Of a stretch of DNA of 64,000 bases, positions 18,928 to 27,689 are shown piece after piece. The first letter of the stretch is position 1, and every line of letters starts with the position of its first letter. The notes below the pieces were generated by a model. That model was given only the letters and a program-made list of their open reading frames with translations, made no database searches and was not told where the DNA came from. The DNA is taken from positions 1,120,001 through 1,184,000 of the forward strand of contig OZ220733.1 of NCBI GenBank assembly GCA_965116875.1, in the 5' to 3' direction. A program made the translations under genes and the position numbers. Source of the DNA: Candidatus Latescibacterota bacterium (lineage in GTDB: Bacteria; Latescibacterota; UBA2968; GCA-2709665).

Positions 18928-21702
18928 TCAATTGCCCAATGAAGCGCTTCCGACTGCTCTGTTGATCAGCCTGCAGTGAAGAATGAGGTGGCTCCATGAA
19001 TCGATATTCTTTCCACTGGCGGGAGTAAACGTCCATTCCTTATTCCCTGACTGCCGTGACACTTCACCAAATTGCACGGCGCCGGAAGGTAAAGAACCAT
19101 TTCTGGGCCAGTTGATGTTGCTGCTGGTGTAGAGAGCCACAAACACATCCGGCGCCCCACCCGGCGTTGACAGTCCGGTAATGCTGAGTTTGAGCTTCCC
19201 GTCGGAAGTTTCGCTTAGCGCCACGGATCCACCTGATGAATAGTTGTTCCGACCACTGATCGTACCGGTACGCCTTCGCGGTTCCGATGCGGTCACGGTC
19301 AACGCCGCCGTACCGGATTTGCCGTCCACCGTCGCCGTGATCGTCGTGGAACCGGCGTCCACGCCCGTTGCCAAGCCAGACGAATTGATGGTCGCCACCG
19401 AGGTGCTGCTGCTCGTCCAGGCAAAGGTCTTGCCGGATATCATCGTGTTGTCCGAGGTAAAAGCGGTGGCGCTGAACTGGTGGGTCCCGCCCTCCTCGAT
19501 TGATACGGACGATGGACTCACCGTGACACGGTCCACAACCGGCGGCGGCTCGGTCACGGTCAGCGTCGCCGTGCCGGATTTGCCGTCCACCGTCGCCGTG
19601 ATCGTCGTGGAACCGGCGTCCACGCCCGTTGCCAAGCCAGATGAATTGATGGTCGCCACCGAGGGGCTGCTGCTCGTCCAGGTGAACGTCTTGCCGGATA
19701 TCATCGTGTTGTTCGAGGTATAGGCGGTTGCGCTGAACTGGTGGGTCCCGCCCTCCTCGATTGATACGGACGATGGACTCACCGTGACACGGTCCACAAC
19801 CGGCGGCGCCTCGGTCACGGTCAGCGTCGCCGTGCCGGATTTGCCGTCCACGGTCGCCGTGATCGTCGTGGATCCGGCGTCCACGCCCGTTGCCAAGCCA
19901 GATGAATTGATGGTCGCCACCGAGGTGCTGCTGCTCGTCCAGGCAAAGGTCTTGCCGGATATCATCGTGTTGTTCGAGGTAAAAGCGGTGGCGCTGAACT
20001 GGTGGGTCCGGCCCTCCTCGATTGATACGGACGGTGGACTCACCGTGACACGGTCCACAACCGGCGGCGGCTCGGTCACGGTCAGCGTCGCCGTGCCGGA
20101 TTTTCCGTCCACCGTCGCCGTGATCGTCGTGGAACCGGCGTCCACGCCCGTTGCCAAGCCAGATGAATTGATGGTCGCCACCGAGGGGCTGCTGCTCGTC
20201 CAGGTGAACGTCTTGCCGGATATCATCGTGTTGTTCGAGGTATAGGCGGTTGCGCTGAACTGGTGGGTCCCGCCCTCCTCGATTGATACGGACGATGGAC
20301 TCACCGTGACACGGTCCACAACCGGCGGCGCCTCGGTCACGGTCAGCGTCGCCGTGCCGGATTTGCCGTCCACGGTCGCCGTGATCGTCGTGGATCCGGC
20401 GTCCACGCCCGTTGCCAAGCCAGATGAATTGATGGTCGCCACCGAGGTGCTGCTGCTCGTCCAGGCAAAGGTCTTGCCGGATATCATCGTGTTGTTCGAG
20501 GTAAAAGCGGTGGCGCTGAACTGGTGGGTCCGGCCCTCCTCGATTGATACGGACGGTGGACTCACCGTGACACGGTCCACAACCGGCGGCGCCTCGGTCA
20601 CGGTCAACGCCGCCGTGCCGGATTTTCCGTCCACCGTCGCCGTGATCGTCGTGGAACCGGCGTCCACGCCCGTTGCCAAGCCAGACGAATTGATGGTCGC
20701 CACCGAGGTGCTGCTGCTCGTCCAGGCAAAGGTCTTGCCGGATATCATCGTGTTGTCCGACGTATACGCTGTAGCGCTGAACTGCTGCGTCTCTTCTTCT
20801 TCGATTGATGCCGACGATGGACTTACCGTGACACGGGCCACAACCGGGGGCGGCTCGGTCACGGTCAGCGTCGCCGTGCCGGATTTGCCGTCCACCGTCG
20901 CCGTGATCGTCGTGGAACCGACGTCCTCGCCCGTTGCCAACCCGGACGCGTTGACGGTGGCCACCGAGGTGCTGCTGCTCGTCCAGGTGAACGTCTTGCC
21001 GGATATCATCGTGTTGTTCGAGGTAAAAGCGGTGGCGCTGAACTGGTGGGTCCGGCCCTCCTCGATTGATACGGACGATGGACTCACCATGACACGGTCC
21101 ACAACCGGCGGCGCCTCGGTCACGGTCAGCGTCGCCGTACCGGATTTGCCGTCCACGGTCGCCGTGATCGTCGTGGATCCGGCGTCCACGCCCGTTGCCA
21201 AGCCAGACGAATTGATGGTGGCCACTGAGGTGCTGCTGCTCGTCCAGGTGAAGGTCTTGCCGGATATCATCGTGTTGTCCGAGGTATAGGCGGTGGCGCT
21301 GAACTGGTGGGTCCCGCCCTCCTCGATTGATACGGACGGTGGACTCACCGTGACACTGGCCACGACCGGCGGCGCCTCGCAGGTCGTGCCAAACACTTTG
21401 GCAAAGAGCACAAAATCACGAAAGTCGATCTCGCCATTGTCGTCCGTATCCATCAGCGCGTTGTAATCGGCATCGCCGGAAGAGGCGCCAAACACGACGG
21501 CTAAGGATAGAAAATCCGCGAAATCAACCATACCATTGTTGTCAAAATCACCAGGACAGGCACGATTCCCCACTCCGTCATCGGGGGTCAGATCGTGAGA
21601 CACGACGGTTCTCGCGTTGGGACCGACAGCGGCCGATGCTGCGAAGACGAGCAACAAAACGGCGAAAAGTAACAACTGCCCGTTTGTCCTGTACGTGAAC
21701 AT
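18928..21702 (-). CDS. Secreted adhesin-like protein: dockerin/EF-hand-like tag + 8 Big_2 Ig-like repeats + DM13-like C-terminal domain
   Basis: Signal peptide; paired DFDNNG.VDFADF / DTDDNGEIDFRDF; eight 87-aa VTVSP..WTSS..VAT..G.TTITATV repeats; C-terminal GAPDVFVAL...HC...GSASL. Confidence 0.85.
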   Translation of the reverse strand: MFTYRTNGQLLLFAVLLLVFAASAAVGPNARTVVSHDLTPDDGVGNRACPGDFDNNGMVDFADFLSLAVVFGASSGDADYNALMDTDDNGEIDFRDFVLFAKVFGTTCEAPPVVASVTVSPPSVSIEEGGTHQFSATAYTSDNTMISGKTFTWTSSSTSVATINSSGLATGVDAGSTTITATVDGKSGTATLTVTEAPPVVDRVMVSPSSVSIEEGRTHQFSATAFTSNNTMISGKTFTWTSSSTSVATVNASGLATGEDVGSTTITATVDGKSGTATLTVTEPPPVVARVTVSPSSASIEEEETQQFSATAYTSDNTMISGKTFAWTSSSTSVATINSSGLATGVDAGSTTITATVDGKSGTAALTVTEAPPVVDRVTVSPPSVSIEEGRTHQFSATAFTSNNTMISGKTFAWTSSSTSVATINSSGLATGVDAGSTTITATVDGKSGTATLTVTEAPPVVDRVTVSPSSVSIEEGGTHQFSATAYTSNNTMISGKTFTWTSSSPSVATINSSGLATGVDAGSTTITATVDGKSGTATLTVTEPPPVVDRVTVSPPSVSIEEGRTHQFSATAFTSNNTMISGKTFAWTSSSTSVATINSSGLATGVDAGSTTITATVDGKSGTATLTVTEAPPVVDRVTVSPSSVSIEEGGTHQFSATAYTSNNTMISGKTFTWTSSSPSVATINSSGLATGVDAGSTTITATVDGKSGTATLTVTEPPPVVDRVTVSPSSVSIEEGGTHQFSATAFTSDNTMISGKTFAWTSSSTSVATINSSGLATGVDAGSTTITATVDGKSGTAALTVTASEPRRRTGTISGRNNYSSGGSVALSETSDGKLKLSITGLSTPGGAPDVFVALYTSSNINWPRNGSLPSGAVQFGEVSRQSGNKEWTFTPASGKNIDSWSHLILHCRLINRAVGSASLGN
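19285..21372 (-). repeat. Coding tandem repeat, 8 x 261 bp
   Basis: Near-identical units; units 4-5 equal units 6-7 at the protein level (522-bp higher-order repeat). Confidence 0.95.
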
Positions 21703-21888
21703 GGCAGGCACATCCTTTTTGATGGTTCGGGTCTGAGAAGCTCTGTTCGTGGAAACGTTGTCTTCAGTTACCAGTGGTGCGGATGATGATCTCCTTCTGA
21801 TCGACGCGGCCATTTGCCTGGGATGGACGACCCTGCTCGTCCCGGTGTTTGCCGCCGACATCAGCAGCTTCTTCGAGACAAAGCCTGC

Positions 21889-22950
21889 TCACCTGATCCG
21901 GCCGCGCGCGTGTACCGGCCAAGTCGCTTCGACCGTTCCGTTGCGCGCCACAACCATGACGTCGTGTTCGTTTACGCAGGGACAGGGGTGAACGGGAAGC
22001 ACCTGCACGCGCTCTCCGATCTCCGGCTTGACCGCGCATTGGGAGATGTCCACGTGGCCGTGTTCTTCGGACGCGATCCCGATGAGCGCATCGGGGTATT
22101 CCACGATGTACCCCATGCAGTCTCCCCGGTCCGTCTTGTAGATGGACGCGCTCAACGCCTTGCTTCCCGCATCCAGGAACATACGGTCGCCGGTGGGTCT
22201 GCTCACGACGGTGGTGATCACGCGAAGGGCGCACTGCTCCACGGTGTGCCGGCCTTCGGCCAGGTGCATGGCGCCGCCTACCGGGTATTCGCCGGCGCGG
22301 TATTCGGTGAGTTCAGGGATTTCGTGCGCGTCCAGAGCGTGGGGGGTCCCGCCGCCGCTTACCACGTCGCGAGGCAGGCCGGCCCTGTCGAACAGGTCTA
22401 TCGTTTCCTGAATGAGCGGCCTGCATTCGGGCGGCGTGGGAAAACCCATGAATCCCCTGAGGTCCAGTCCGGGAAGATCGTGGACGAGTTTCGCCAGTTC
22501 CGCCGATTCCCGCGGCGTGGGCACCCCCGTGCGTTCGAACCCCATTTCCACTTCGATCAGGATGCCGATGGAAACGCCCGCGGAAGCGGCGGCGCGGGAG
22601 AGTCCACGTACCGTGAACTCGGAGTCCGGGGCGAGGGTAACCGGCAGTCGCTTCGCCAGGGCCGTAAGCCGGTCGAGTTTCCGTGCGCCCATGATGTTGT
22701 AGGGAATGAGCAGGTCGGTGTGGATGCCTCCCGCCGCCAGGACTTCGGCTTCGCCGAGCTTCTGGCAGGTGAGGCCTATTGCGCCGTGATTCAGTTGCAT
22801 CCGGGCGACGGCGAGGGTCTTGTGGGTCTTGATATGGGGCCGGAATCCGATGCGGTGTCTTTCGAAATAGCCATGGTATCGCTTCAGGTTTTCTTCCAGT
22901 GCGTCCAGGTGGATGACGAGGACCGGCGTGTCCAGTTCGTCGACGTGCAT
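21889..22950 (-). CDS. Fold-type III PLP enzyme (D-threonine aldolase / DSD1-like)
   Basis: LDTPVL, RPHIKTHK, SGGGTP, DAGSKAL, SEEHG, PVHPCP.VN. Confidence 0.88.
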   Translation of the reverse strand: MHVDELDTPVLVIHLDALEENLKRYHGYFERHRIGFRPHIKTHKTLAVARMQLNHGAIGLTCQKLGEAEVLAAGGIHTDLLIPYNIMGARKLDRLTALAKRLPVTLAPDSEFTVRGLSRAAASAGVSIGILIEVEMGFERTGVPTPRESAELAKLVHDLPGLDLRGFMGFPTPPECRPLIQETIDLFDRAGLPRDVVSGGGTPHALDAHEIPELTEYRAGEYPVGGAMHLAEGRHTVEQCALRVITTVVSRPTGDRMFLDAGSKALSASIYKTDRGDCMGYIVEYPDALIGIASEEHGHVDISQCAVKPEIGERVQVLPVHPCPCVNEHDVMVVARNGTVEATWPVHARGRIR

Positions 22951-23037
22951 TCAGGTCTCCTTTGTCGTGACTCGTCGGATTGGCCGTGTCTGTGTAGAGA
23001 TAGCTTGCGCGGCGGCACAGGTCAAGGGATTTCGCGT

Positions 23038-23222
23038 GCAGTCCGGTGAAAGAGTCGCTCTGCAGGCGAGGCTTGGTGTCCCGTCCCGGAAATAGATTGC
23101 CATTGTGGTCGAAGACAAGGCGCGCAACCGAGTCCCATCAAGCGATTCGGCAAGGGCGCGCAACGCAGTATTTCGACCGCAAGGGCCGGCCGCAGCCCGG
23201 ATGGGCTCTTTCATCGGGCTGC
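23038..23222. mobile_element. Putative ~185-bp MITE
   Basis: Imperfect 19-bp TIRs GCAGTCCGGTGAAAGAGTC / GGCTCTTTCATCGGGCTGC; internal direct repeat CAAGG(G)CGCGCAAC. Confidence 0.6.
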
Positions 23223-23250
23223 TAATGGAGCCGGCGGGAACGCTTTTCGC

Positions 23251-23280
23251 TTGACATGCGGCGTCCCCGGCCCAAAGTTT
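23251..23280 (+). promoter_or_regulatory. Possible sigma70 promoter
   Basis: Perfect TTGACA with only a weak -10 at 17-18 bp spacing. Confidence 0.3.
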
Positions 23281-23302
23281 AGTTCGAAAAATAGACAGCA
23301 TA

Positions 23303-23428
23303 AGCCTGTGGATCCGGTTCGCGGCATCGTGTTTCCGGATGCCCGGTTCAGGAGACCTCCCGGCTTGCGGGCGATCGTGGGCTGTTGACCCGGAACTACA
23401 GGTTGGGTCGCTTTACGTTGAACGATCC
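23303..23428 (+). ncRNA. Candidate structured RNA or 5' leader, family unassigned
   Basis: Long imperfect stem AGCCTGTGG.TCCGG / CCGGA.CTACAGGTT with G-U pairs on the plus strand, plus further hairpins. Confidence 0.35.
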
Positions 23429-23482
23429 TCGCTGTATGCTCGACGTCCGAACAAACAGATCACCGGTTCGCGGAGTAAGGCT

Positions 23483-25945
23483 ATGATAAACCAGATCTGT
23501 CATTCCGGCCCCTGCAGTCCGGTCCGCCTGTGCGCCTGGCTGTGTGTTCTCGCCGTTGCCGTGGTGTCTGAAACGCCCGCGGCTGAGCGGTCGGGACCGT
23601 CCATTTCAACGGCCGCGCGGGACTCGCTCGTAACCGCGGCCGAAGAGCACGCGAACTCGGGTGCGCATGGGGAAGCCGTCGAAATTCTCGGCAGGCTTGT
23701 CGAAGCGTTTCCGGACGACGTCAACCTCCTGACGCGCCAGGGGGACGCCCTGCTGAAAGCGGGAGATTTCGAATCCGCCATCACCGCATTTGAATCGGCG
23801 AAGAAGCTCGATTCGGACCTTCCGGGCACGTACGTGGGACTCGGACTCGCCAGATTGCGAAACTCGGGAAGAGGGTTGGAGGCGTTTTTCAATTTTCGCC
23901 AAGCCGTGGGGGAAGCCAGATCGGCTATCGAGATCAACGCGGCCTACGCGCCGGCATACCGGCTCCTGGGGGAGGCGTACGGGCGATTCGAAGAAGACCA
24001 TGAAAAGGCGCTCGGCTATTATACGACCTACATCGAACTGGAACCCGACAACCCCGAAGGTCGCTACGAATTCGGGCTCTCGCTGGTCCAACTCGGGAAG
24101 TTCGAAGAAATAGACCAATACATCACTCCCTTTATCGAGACGCATCCTTCAAGAACCCGGCTGCTTCCACTGGCCGCACAGGCCCACTTCTACCTGGAAC
24201 GGTTCGGCCGGGCCCTGGACCTCTTCGAACGGTATCTGCAGACGCAGGACCCCGCGGAGCGCCGCCTGTTTACGGACATCGCACTGGTCGCCTCCGAGGA
24301 GGAACTCGAAGCATACCGGGCCGCGGCGCCCGAGGAAAAGGCGACCTTCCTCGAAAGGTTCTGGCTGAAGAGGGATTCCGACATTTTGACCGCGATCAAC
24401 GAACGGGTGATCGAGCACTATCGCCGGGTCTGGTACGCCCGGACCTTTTTCGCCACGGGCGCCAGCCTCTGGGACAAACGCGGTGAGGTCTACATACGTT
24501 ACGGAGAACCCGATTACCGGTCCCGGTCCACGCGGAGGCAATTTGTGCAGAATCCGAAGGTCCAGGCCGTCCGGGACCGGATGGCGGTCGCGCTCTACGG
24601 CGACGAGGCCGCGCTGCTGACGTTTACAGGCCCGGTGTTTCCGATCCGGGCGAATCGAAGTCACCTGGCCGCCACGCTCTTCGACGAGCATGTTACCCCG
24701 GAGGCCGCCGACGCGACAACAGCTGACGACGATGCCGGCGTTGACGCCTCCCAGGTTTCCGCACTGGCGGAAAGAGAAGAGGACCCGACGGCGATGATCA
24801 GGGAAGACAGCCGTTTCGACGAGTTCGGGAATCTGAATACCCGGCTCAATTTCGGCGGGTACGCCCCGATCACGCTGGACAACGAGGTCGGCACCGTACC
24901 CTGGGAAACCTGGACGTACACGCGGATCGGAAACGGCATGGAAATCACGTTTACGGACGAACGGGGAACGGGCGCGTTCGACTTCGCACCCATCCCGCCT
25001 CCGTCGCTGGACACGGACGTGTCCCGGATGTCCCGGTTTACGGAATACGCCCCGCGCGTTGTCTTTCGCAACGCGGTCTCCCGCATGCCCGACGTTTACC
25101 GCCCCAGGTTTCACCATCCCCCGATGGACTTCTACTTCGATCTGGCCAGCTTCCGCGCGACGGAGGGCCTGACGACGCTGGAGGTCTACTACGGAATACC
25201 GGCCGCACAGGTTAAGGTCGGGCAGAGACGCAACGTGTCGTACATTCAGGTCAAGTGCGCGCTTGCCCTGGCCCCGGCGGATTACAGCGTCATCCATCGA
25301 ACGTCTTCCAGCCGCGCCTACAGGGTTGTGAGCGATTTCAGCGGCGCCCAGAAAGCGTTTATGCCGGAACTGCTCAAACTCCAGGTCCCGCCCGGGAAAT
25401 ACGACCTTCAGGTCCAGATCAAGGACCTGCTATCCGGCCATAACGGCATCTACCGGCAGACGGTGGACGTGAAGGAGTATACCGAAGATCGGCTTCGGAT
25501 CAGCGATATTCAACTCGCCGCCACAATTGGGGAAACGAAGCTGCAGGAGCGGTTCAAGAAAGGAGAAGTGTGGGTTGTGCCCATGCCAACCCGGAACTAC
25601 CGGGGAGCCCAGCAGGTATACGCATACTACGAGATCTACAACCTGAAGAAGAACCGGTTCGGCCAGACGCGTTACAAGGTAAAGTACGTGGTGCGGTACG
25701 TTTCGAAACCCATCCGCGGCGCGCTCGGTTCGGTGGCATCCGGCCTCCGCTCGCTATTCAGGAGCAAGAGACCCTCGGTCTCGATTTCGTACGAACATGA
25801 GGGTACCGAACCGAACGAACAGAGTTACCTGGAAATCGACCTCGACAAGGTCAAACACGGCGTGAATGTGCTCGAAGTCGAAATAAAGGACCTTGTCAGC
25901 GGCAAGAGCGAGGAACGCGAAATCCGGTTCCAGTACGGAGGTTGA
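23483..25945 (+). CDS. TPR + GWxTD-type domain protein
   Basis: Signal peptide, TPR-like helices, FLERFW..RD, NERVIEHYRRV.YA..F, WDKRGEVYIRYGEPD, WETWTY, C-terminal Ig-like domains (PPGKY.L, ISDIQLA, YYEIYNL). Confidence 0.85.
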   Translation: MINQICHSGPCSPVRLCAWLCVLAVAVVSETPAAERSGPSISTAARDSLVTAAEEHANSGAHGEAVEILGRLVEAFPDDVNLLTRQGDALLKAGDFESAITAFESAKKLDSDLPGTYVGLGLARLRNSGRGLEAFFNFRQAVGEARSAIEINAAYAPAYRLLGEAYGRFEEDHEKALGYYTTYIELEPDNPEGRYEFGLSLVQLGKFEEIDQYITPFIETHPSRTRLLPLAAQAHFYLERFGRALDLFERYLQTQDPAERRLFTDIALVASEEELEAYRAAAPEEKATFLERFWLKRDSDILTAINERVIEHYRRVWYARTFFATGASLWDKRGEVYIRYGEPDYRSRSTRRQFVQNPKVQAVRDRMAVALYGDEAALLTFTGPVFPIRANRSHLAATLFDEHVTPEAADATTADDDAGVDASQVSALAEREEDPTAMIREDSRFDEFGNLNTRLNFGGYAPITLDNEVGTVPWETWTYTRIGNGMEITFTDERGTGAFDFAPIPPPSLDTDVSRMSRFTEYAPRVVFRNAVSRMPDVYRPRFHHPPMDFYFDLASFRATEGLTTLEVYYGIPAAQVKVGQRRNVSYIQVKCALALAPADYSVIHRTSSSRAYRVVSDFSGAQKAFMPELLKLQVPPGKYDLQVQIKDLLSGHNGIYRQTVDVKEYTEDRLRISDIQLAATIGETKLQERFKKGEVWVVPMPTRNYRGAQQVYAYYEIYNLKKNRFGQTRYKVKYVVRYVSKPIRGALGSVASGLRSLFRSKRPSVSISYEHEGTEPNEQSYLEIDLDKVKHGVNVLEVEIKDLVSGKSEEREIRFQYGG

Positions 25946-26064
25946 CGGAAAGCCCGCGCGTGACAGGAACCGCATGGTATCGCTGTGAGAAACGGTACAA
26001 ATGGAGCGAATCCCGCTATGCCGGCACGTCGCCGTTTCGGGAGGGTTTTTCGTACGGGTAACCC

Positions 26065-27660
26065 ATGACCATGGAGACGAAACGTCGCGTCGGATCCGCC
26101 CTTCTCGCGGCGACTATCTTCCTTGCGATTTTCGCGGGCCGGGAAACGACGGCGCAGGTCGCAGGGTTCGACCCGGAAGCCCTGGCGAAGCAATTCGTGG
26201 GCTACGATGTCTCCAGAAACGCGGGAAAGGGGTATTCCGAGAGCGCGAGTTCCGCGACGCTGGCGTGGGGTGAAAGCTATCTGCTGAACGCCTACGTCAA
26301 GATGTACCGGGTTACCCGCTATACACGCTGGCTGGACAAGGTCGTGGACCACTTCGACCGGATGGTCGCCAATATGAGCGACCACGACGGCGACGGAATC
26401 CCCGGGTGGCACACCGACCGGTATTCCGTGTCGCGGATGCGGGCCGAATCGCTGCACAACCGGGGGACGGCGTCGATCACGCCGTTAGAGGCCACCGTCA
26501 CGAATATTCAGAAGGCCCACGAGGCGATCGACGCGGAGTTCATCGTCGAACGGGTGGCATCGAACCGGTACGTGGTGCAGGACCTCACCCGTGGCAAAGT
26601 GGTCTTTGACGGTCCATATTCTTTGGGCCGAAACATCCCGGGCATTCCCGGTTTCGAACTCCGGCTGGACAGGATCCCCGAGATCGGAGACAGGTTCCGC
26701 GTGGAAACGTGGGCGGTGCGCCCCCTGGAATACGCCGTACACGAAGGGATGATCCTGTACCCCATCGCGCAGTTTATCGAACTGGCCCTCAGTGACGAGA
26801 GCCTGATGGCGCGCTACGGGGAAAAGGCGCGCGATTACCTCGGTTTGATCGAAGAGCACGTGTTGAGAAAGCAGGAGCGCCATTGGGTGCAGATGGCGCC
26901 CGGCATGGGGGCCTACCGGTTTACCGAATCGTCGGCCGAACGATACCCCAACCGCATCCTCCCCCACAACCAGTACCTCGCGCTCGGCCGCGTCTATCTT
27001 GTGCTGAAAGACGTGTCGGACGAGCCGCTGTTCGAGGAGCGCGCCCGGCAGATGGCCGCGTACTTCAAGGATTCCCTGAAGGAAACGGGCGATGCGTATA
27101 CCTGGGCTTACTGGGACTGGGTGGAGGCGGGCAGGCCTGATCAGAGCGGCACGGAGGACACGAGCCACGGGCACATCGACGTGGAGTTCGCCGTCGAGGC
27201 CTACCGGCGGGGCGTTGTCTTCACCCGTGCGGACATGCTCCGGTTCGCCCGGACGCTGACGGACCGGATGTGGAACGGGTCGCTTTCGAATCCGACGATC
27301 GGTTCCCGGGTCGACCGGCAGGACGGCGACGCGACGATCATCCGGGGCTGGATCGAGCTGTGCCGCTGGGACGCGCGGATCTGGGACATCTACTGGGCGC
27401 TGTTCAACCGCATCGGCAGACCCGGGCTGGAAATCCCGCACATCCTTCACGCCAGGGCCGTGCTTGACGGTCCCCCCGAGGTGAGATCGGCGGACTTCAA
27501 CGGCGACAGGCAGGTGGATTTCAGGGATTTTCTGGCATTCGCGCGTCATTTCGGTTTGACGTCGGATTCCGCTTCATACGACGGAAGGTACGATCTGGAC
27601 GGCGACGGAAACGTCGACTTCGCGGACTTTCTTGCATTCGCCGACGCATTCGGTACCTGA
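26065..27660 (+). CDS. Secreted (alpha/alpha)-toroid protein with C-terminal dockerin/EF-hand-like tag
   Basis: Signal peptide; LAWGESY, EDTSHGHID; C-terminal DFNGDRQVDFRDF / DLDGDGNVDFADF. Confidence 0.7.
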   Translation: MTMETKRRVGSALLAATIFLAIFAGRETTAQVAGFDPEALAKQFVGYDVSRNAGKGYSESASSATLAWGESYLLNAYVKMYRVTRYTRWLDKVVDHFDRMVANMSDHDGDGIPGWHTDRYSVSRMRAESLHNRGTASITPLEATVTNIQKAHEAIDAEFIVERVASNRYVVQDLTRGKVVFDGPYSLGRNIPGIPGFELRLDRIPEIGDRFRVETWAVRPLEYAVHEGMILYPIAQFIELALSDESLMARYGEKARDYLGLIEEHVLRKQERHWVQMAPGMGAYRFTESSAERYPNRILPHNQYLALGRVYLVLKDVSDEPLFEERARQMAAYFKDSLKETGDAYTWAYWDWVEAGRPDQSGTEDTSHGHIDVEFAVEAYRRGVVFTRADMLRFARTLTDRMWNGSLSNPTIGSRVDRQDGDATIIRGWIELCRWDARIWDIYWALFNRIGRPGLEIPHILHARAVLDGPPEVRSADFNGDRQVDFRDFLAFARHFGLTSDSASYDGRYDLDGDGNVDFADFLAFADAFGT

Positions 27661-27689
27661 GGAAACCGGCAATTCAGGAGATCTCTGCA

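Noticed and set aside
19285-21372. Tandem repeats as a CRISPR array or DGR template/variable repeats
   Set aside because: Units are 261-bp in-frame coding repeats without unique spacers; differences are not adenine-specific; no cas or reverse transcriptase gene is present
23303-23404. SRP RNA, 6S RNA or TPP riboswitch
   Set aside because: Lacks the SRP CAGG..GGAA..AGCAG motif, is too short for 6S, and has no CUGAGA TPP motif
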